From: Chloroflexota bacterium
Lineage (GTDB): Bacteria; Chloroflexota; UBA11872
Direction of reading: 5' to 3'
Length of the DNA stretch: 64,000 nucleotides
NCBI GenBank assembly: GCA_965198185.1
Contig: CBDAOU010000001.1
Coordinates: 636,310 to 700,309 of the forward strand
Each line of letters starts with the position of its first letter. The stretch's first letter is position 1. Under the pieces are notes generated by a model. It was not told the DNA's origin and searched no databases. It saw only the letters and a program-made list of their open reading frames with translations. The position numbers and the translations under genes were made by a program. Of this stretch, positions 59,349-64,000 are shown piece after piece.

Positions 59349-59516
59349 CCCTGATCGGACAGCCGGACCGCGGAGTGGACTGCTTATGGGACGCTGTCGC
59401 GACGTTCGTTTCACGATGCGAGCGATCGGGATCGAGGGTCGGCGCCGAGCCGCTGGCGCGCGGCGAGCAAGCCCGGAGATACTCGCAGGCACTGCTTGGT
59501 TCAAACGCGGTGATCG

Positions 59517-61133
59517 ATGTTGGGGCCTCAGGCAAGAGCCGTTACGGGTGTCGTATTCGCCAGGCAGCGGATGGCGAGCTTGGCGTCGCGCCGGTGGTTT
59601 CTGCCGATCGGCTCGGTGGTGAAGGACGGCGTCCTGGAAAGCAACGCCTGGAGCCTCGATGTGGCTCGCGCCGCGGTGCTGACGCTGCTGGCGGGCCTGA
59701 TCTATCTGCTTTCGTCCGGAGCCCACGCGTACAGCGTCGACGAGATCACCAACTACGCATCGGCCCGAGCGCTGGTGGAAACGGGCAGCCCGGACCTGTC
59801 AGGCGAGCAACCGTTTCCCCGCGAACAGTTGCTGACGCTGCGGCACCCGTCCATGGACAGGGTGACCGGACGCTATGGCCTGCTCTCGTGGGTGGGGATG
59901 GCACCGGCCTACCTCGTGGCTCGCTGGACCGATTCAATGCCGCCGCCGCCGTCGCCGACGTTTCCCCAACCGAGCGCGGTGCGGCCGGTGGCCGCGCTCC
60001 TCTACGCGCCGGCGATCGCTGCGCTCCTGGTGGGCGCAACCTATCTGCTTGGGCGCAACCTTGGCCTGCGACCCCGCAACGCTGCCGCGGCGGCGCTGGT
60101 GCTGGCGTTTGCCAGTCCTCTCTGGGTGTACGCGCAGGGCCTGGCCAACATCCCGCTCGCCGCGCTGTTCAGTGTGCTGGCGTTCGTCGCGGTCACCGGA
60201 TCGCGCTCGGGCTCGGGCGCATGGGCGGTGGCCGGCGGGCTCGCCGGTCTTGCCGCGCTCACGCGGACCGAATTCGTGGTCCTTGCGCCTGCGGTCGGCG
60301 CGTTGAGCGTGTTCCGCGGTGAGCGACTTTCGCGGGCCGGGCTCACCCGCGGGCTGGCGTTTGCGGTGGCATGGGCCGTCGTGGTCGTCCCGGGCATCGG
60401 GCTGTGGAACCTGTACCGAACGGGGGACTTCTTCGACGTCGGCTACCGGTCGGCCTCAATCCTCTGGCAAACGGACCGGGCCCATATCGGAATCTTCGGG
60501 GTGCTGGCCAGTCCGAGCTTTGGGCTGATGGTTTTCATGCCCGTCGCCGCAATCGGCCTGTGGGGGATGCTCGGCGCGACGTCCCGCCGGCCGATCTGGC
60601 TGACCATGCTGGCGCTGATTGTTCTCGCGGTTATCGGCTACGGGTCGTTTGACGACTGGTCCGGTGGGGTCTCCTGGGGACCTCGATACCTGACGGCCGT
60701 CACGCCGTTCTTGGCGCTAGGCATCGGCCTGGCTATGCAGGCGCCGTCAACGACCCTGGGTATGCGCCTTGTCACGCTGGGGCTGGCGGCGTGGTCGACC
60801 GGAGTTTCGGTGCTGGGCGTGCTCTTCGACTACCAATCGGGCTGGCGAAATCTCTGGGAGCACACGTCGCGTCTTGAACAGATCGAGTGGAATCCCCATT
60901 TCTCGTTGATCGGCGCCCACCTGCGGCTGGCCCGCCAGTGGGTCGACGGACTGATCGGCCCCGATCTGTTCGTGGTGCACCGGCTCGGCGCCTGGACGAT
61001 CGCCGTGCTAGCAGTGGGGCTGGTGGTGGTTCTGGGCCTAGCCGTGGCCATTGAGACCCGCAGCGTTGTGCTCGGCGGGCGGCACCGTAAGGACGCGCTA
61101 GCGGGACCGACGACGGATGTTCACGCTGGCTGA
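59517..61133 (+). CDS. polytopic membrane protein, putative GT39/GT83 (PMT/ArnT-like) glycosyltransferase
   Basis: N-terminal 'YSVDEITNYASARALVETGS' resembles the PMT/ArnT loop-1 motif. More than 10 TM helices. Start possibly at the Met at 59571. Confidence 0.55.
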   Translation: MLGPQARAVTGVVFARQRMASLASRRWFLPIGSVVKDGVLESNAWSLDVARAAVLTLLAGLIYLLSSGAHAYSVDEITNYASARALVETGSPDLSGEQPFPREQLLTLRHPSMDRVTGRYGLLSWVGMAPAYLVARWTDSMPPPPSPTFPQPSAVRPVAALLYAPAIAALLVGATYLLGRNLGLRPRNAAAAALVLAFASPLWVYAQGLANIPLAALFSVLAFVAVTGSRSGSGAWAVAGGLAGLAALTRTEFVVLAPAVGALSVFRGERLSRAGLTRGLAFAVAWAVVVVPGIGLWNLYRTGDFFDVGYRSASILWQTDRAHIGIFGVLASPSFGLMVFMPVAAIGLWGMLGATSRRPIWLTMLALIVLAVIGYGSFDDWSGGVSWGPRYLTAVTPFLALGIGLAMQAPSTTLGMRLVTLGLAAWSTGVSVLGVLFDYQSGWRNLWEHTSRLEQIEWNPHFSLIGAHLRLARQWVDGLIGPDLFVVHRLGAWTIAVLAVGLVVVLGLAVAIETRSVVLGGRHRKDALAGPTTDVHAG

Positions 61134-62530
61134 TGCGTTGGGGACCGAGCAGAGATGGGCGGCCGCGGGCGGACGCTTGCCACGAGGAGGACTGGAATGA
61201 GGGTGATCATGGTCAGTGCGATGACTAGGTCCGCCGCCAGCAACCACCAACGCGGATCGGTGGTGAGAAGCCGCCATATCGCGGCCAGCTTGCTCAGGGT
61301 TGGCTCGGGCGCGCTGTAGGCCACGAATTCCAGGTTCTGGTCCGGCCACGCCAACGCGCCGTTGATCCAGAGCCGGCCATCCGCATAGCGATCACCTTTC
61401 GTCGCGCCAACGCCAAGCTCGGCGCCGGTCTGGACATCGGCCGTTACCTGTAGGGCCAGCAGCTGGCCCTCGGCGGCGCTGACTGGCGGCAGAAGCTCAA
61501 TGTCTTTCCAGCGCGGGCAGTCACCAGCCGGGACCTCGACGGACCCTTCAGCATGAGTGCGGTCTGGCGCTTCGAGGGGGGTGACGCGAACCGCGACCGT
61601 CGCGGGACCGCCCCGCTCGCAATTTGACAGAAGGAGCCTGATGCTCTGCACGGGCGTGGCGGGCATGCGGAGCTCCTGAACCACAGCTTCGTGCCGCTGG
61701 AGGCTCAACCCAAAGGCGCCCGAGCGCATGTTTGGGGCCAGCGCCTCCGCCAACGGCGCACGGAAGAGGAAACCCACCGCAAGGCCGCCAAGCACGGCCA
61801 GCGCCGCGATCGACGCGACGAGCGACCGGTGCCAGCGGCCGCCGAAGAGGGGATAGGGCGGCAGACGTCCCTCTCGCAACACGATGACCGCGCTCAGTCC
61901 AATCAGCAGCGTTCCGCTGTACTCCAGGGTCTCTTCGACCACGAAAGCCAACGCCAACGCTCGCCCGCCGAACAGCCACTGATCAAGCGCATCCTGCACG
62001 AGCGCCAACACCCAGCAGGCGATCCCGAGCGTCAGCGGCGCGCGGGTCGCCGGCCCGCCCAGCCCGTTGCGGACGAAGATCCACATCGCCAGCACAAACG
62101 CGACGACCAGCGGACTCACCAGGACCTGCCACGACAGGCCCAGGCGTTCGGCGTGCCCGACGACCGAGATAGGACCAGCCCTCTTGAAGTCAAAGAGCTC
62201 TCCATAGGTCAACGCCGCCGCCGTCAGCGCCAGCGCGGCCCAGCCCCCAACGGCAATCCAGCCGGCCGAGCGGCGGCGGCTGATCACGGCCGCGGCGAGC
62301 GCAAGCACCGTCACGCATGCCAAAGTGGCGGCGGCCACCGAGTTCGCAATCGTGCCTTCGCTGTTGGCGTCGAGCCGGCCCAGGGTGGCGTCCCAGGGCG
62401 GGAGCAGCGCCGGGAATGCCAGGCTGAAAAGATGGGTCCCGACGTAGCCGCCCCACCAGAAGGCCACCACGCCCAGCAGCAGCAGCCGTGCAGTGCAACC
62501 CACCAGCCGCCAGGCAGAGCCTCGGGTCAT
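61121..62530 (-). CDS. membrane protein (about 9 TM) with a C-terminal extracytoplasmic domain, paralog 1
   Basis: 469 aa. N-terminal TM bundle then a soluble domain 'VRVTPLEAPDR...GDCPRWKDIELLP...GATKGDRYADGRLW'. Confidence 0.6.
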   Translation of the reverse strand: MTRGSAWRLVGCTARLLLLGVVAFWWGGYVGTHLFSLAFPALLPPWDATLGRLDANSEGTIANSVAAATLACVTVLALAAAVISRRRSAGWIAVGGWAALALTAAALTYGELFDFKRAGPISVVGHAERLGLSWQVLVSPLVVAFVLAMWIFVRNGLGGPATRAPLTLGIACWVLALVQDALDQWLFGGRALALAFVVEETLEYSGTLLIGLSAVIVLREGRLPPYPLFGGRWHRSLVASIAALAVLGGLAVGFLFRAPLAEALAPNMRSGAFGLSLQRHEAVVQELRMPATPVQSIRLLLSNCERGGPATVAVRVTPLEAPDRTHAEGSVEVPAGDCPRWKDIELLPPVSAAEGQLLALQVTADVQTGAELGVGATKGDRYADGRLWINGALAWPDQNLEFVAYSAPEPTLSKLAAIWRLLTTDPRWWLLAADLVIALTMITLIPVLLVASVRPRPPISARSPTHQPA

Positions 62531-62743
62531 CGGGCGGTTGGTCGGCTCATGTCAGGCGGCACTGGCGCGTCTTGGGCGCTCGGGCGGATGGCACGCACTG
62601 CTGAGCCTACAGCGGGCGGCGCACCGAAGCCGGCGAGACGACGCCACCCGCCGCTCCATCTCGGCGGAGCCAAGCGCTGAGATGGAAGCGAGAACTGCCC
62701 ATGAGCCCTGTGGACGTGCCCCATCGGATCCGGCCACGGCTAT

Positions 62744-64000
62744 TCACGCTGGCTGATGCGTTGAGGAACGAGCAGCGATGGGCCGCAACGGGCGGAGGCT
62801 CACCACGAGGAGGACTGGAATAAAGATGATCATGGTCAGCGCGACGGCGGCGTCCGCCGCCAGCAGCAGCCAGCGCGGATCGGTGGTGAGAAGCCGCCAT
62901 ATCGCGACCAGCTTGCTCAGGGTCGGCTCGGGCGCGCTGTAGGCGACAAACTCCAGGTTCTGATCCGGCCAGGCCAACGCGCCGTTGACCCAGAGCCGGC
63001 CATCCGCATAGCGATCGCCTTTCGTCGCGCCAACGCGAAGCTCGGCGCCGGGCTCAACGTCAGCCGCTACCTGCAGGGCCAGCAGCCGGCCCTCGGCGGC
63101 GGTGAGTGGCGGCAGGAGCTCAATGTCTTTCCAGCGCGGGCAGTCACCTACGGGGACCTGGACCGACCCCTCGGCAAGGACACGGTCGGGCGCCTCGAGG
63201 GGGGTGACGCGAACTGCGATCGTTCCCGAACGACCGGTTGGCTGACAATTCGACAGGAGCAGCCCAACGCTCCGCACCGGTGTGGCGGGCATGCGGAATT
63301 CCTGGACCACGGCTTCCTGCCGGCTGAGGCTTACGCTGAAGGCGCCCGCGCGCGTGTAGGGCGCCAGCGCCTCCACCAACGGCGCGCGGAAGAGGAAACC
63401 CACCGCAAGGCCGCCAAGCACGGCCAGCGCCGCGATCGACCCAACGAGCGACCGGCGCCAGCGGCCGCCGAATAGGGGATACGGCGGCGGATGGCCCTCT
63501 CGCAACACGATGGCCGCGCTCAGCCCAATCAGCAGGGTTCCGCTGAACTCCGCGGTTTCTTCGAGCACATACCCCAGCGCCACCGCTCCACCGGTGGGCA
63601 TCCACCGCCCGATCGCCTCCTGCGCGAGCGCAAACACCCAGCAAGCGACTCCGAGCGTCAGCGGCGCGCGGGCAGGCGGCACGTCTAGACCCTTGCGGAT
63701 GAAGATCCACATCGCCAGCACGAATACGACGACCAGCGGACTCACCAGAACGGGCCATGGAAGCCCCACGCGTCCCGCCTGCTCGAAGAGAGAGATCGGA
63801 CCCCGCTCTTTGAACTCGGCAAGCTCCTCGAAGGTCAAGGCCGCCGTCGTCAGGGCCACCGCAGCCCAACCGCCAACGGCAATCCAACCGGCCGAGCGGC
63901 GGCGGTTGACGACGGCCGCGGCGACCGCGAGCAGCGTCACGCACGCAAAGGTCGCGGCGGACACCGTGTTCGCAATCGTGCCTTCGTTGTCCGCATCCAA
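62744..64000 (-). CDS. membrane protein, paralog 2 (N-terminus beyond the window end)
   Basis: ~80% identical to paralog 1 over 418 aa. Shares the upstream leader. Runs off the window. Confidence 0.6.
   Translation of the reverse strand: MDADNEGTIANTVSAATFACVTLLAVAAAVVNRRRSAGWIAVGGWAAVALTTAALTFEELAEFKERGPISLFEQAGRVGLPWPVLVSPLVVVFVLAMWIFIRKGLDVPPARAPLTLGVACWVFALAQEAIGRWMPTGGAVALGYVLEETAEFSGTLLIGLSAAIVLREGHPPPYPLFGGRWRRSLVGSIAALAVLGGLAVGFLFRAPLVEALAPYTRAGAFSVSLSRQEAVVQEFRMPATPVRSVGLLLSNCQPTGRSGTIAVRVTPLEAPDRVLAEGSVQVPVGDCPRWKDIELLPPLTAAEGRLLALQVAADVEPGAELRVGATKGDRYADGRLWVNGALAWPDQNLEFVAYSAPEPTLSKLVAIWRLLTTDPRWLLLAADAAVALTMIIFIPVLLVVSLRPLRPIAARSSTHQPA

Overview
High-GC (~68-70%) bacterial chromosomal window with an Actinobacteria/Chloroflexi-like organisation. 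The first ~10 kb is a conserved minus-strand block: clpC – radA – ispD – (FNR-like reductase) – ispF – cysS. Upstream of clpC lie ribosomal protein S1, an SDR oxidoreductase and a DUF309 gene. Two adjacent tRNA-Ser genes (10.2-10.4 kb) are followed by an accessory patch: RelB/RelE, VapB/VapC, an orphan HigA-like HTH gene and a retropepsin-like protease. This is followed by a 5-gene Dpp/Opp-type peptide ABC transporter and a distinctly lower-GC insert at 19.8-22.3 kb. The insert carries a half hsdS remnant plus an ABC-type ATPase with a DUF4276/Toprim-like partner, a candidate OLD/PARIS-like defence pair. The middle of the window is mostly metabolic or housekeeping: nudC, a rhamnose-mutarotase-like gene, an IlvD/EDD dehydratase, a GPP34 gene, fic, a GNAT gene, a Gfo/Idh/MocA gene, an M20 peptidase, recJ, relA/spoT, an aldo-keto reductase and a second vapBC. 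It is punctuated by tandem duplications (LiaF-like membrane proteins, a 283-aa unknown family, and 9-TM membrane proteins at the window end), palindromic REP-like intergenic elements, and a second low-GC islet (36.5-38.8 kb). That islet holds a ~600-bp non-coding stretch, a small protein overlapping a retropepsin-like protease, and a 345-aa unknown ORF split by an in-frame TAA. The 3' third holds a cell-envelope glycosylation cluster (GH127, a large GT-C-like membrane protein, two GT2 genes, a GT39-like gene). It is interrupted by a phage-derived module (portal-like, small protein, large terminase) that has its own AT-rich palindromic promoter region. Many genes are disrupted. ispD, a transglutaminase-like gene and a 2.6-kb cytochrome c–PQQ-dependent sugar dehydrogenase gene carry frameshifts, the latter at three or more sites. 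A GT2 gene and the 345-aa unknown ORF carry in-frame stops. No CRISPR array or rRNA is present.
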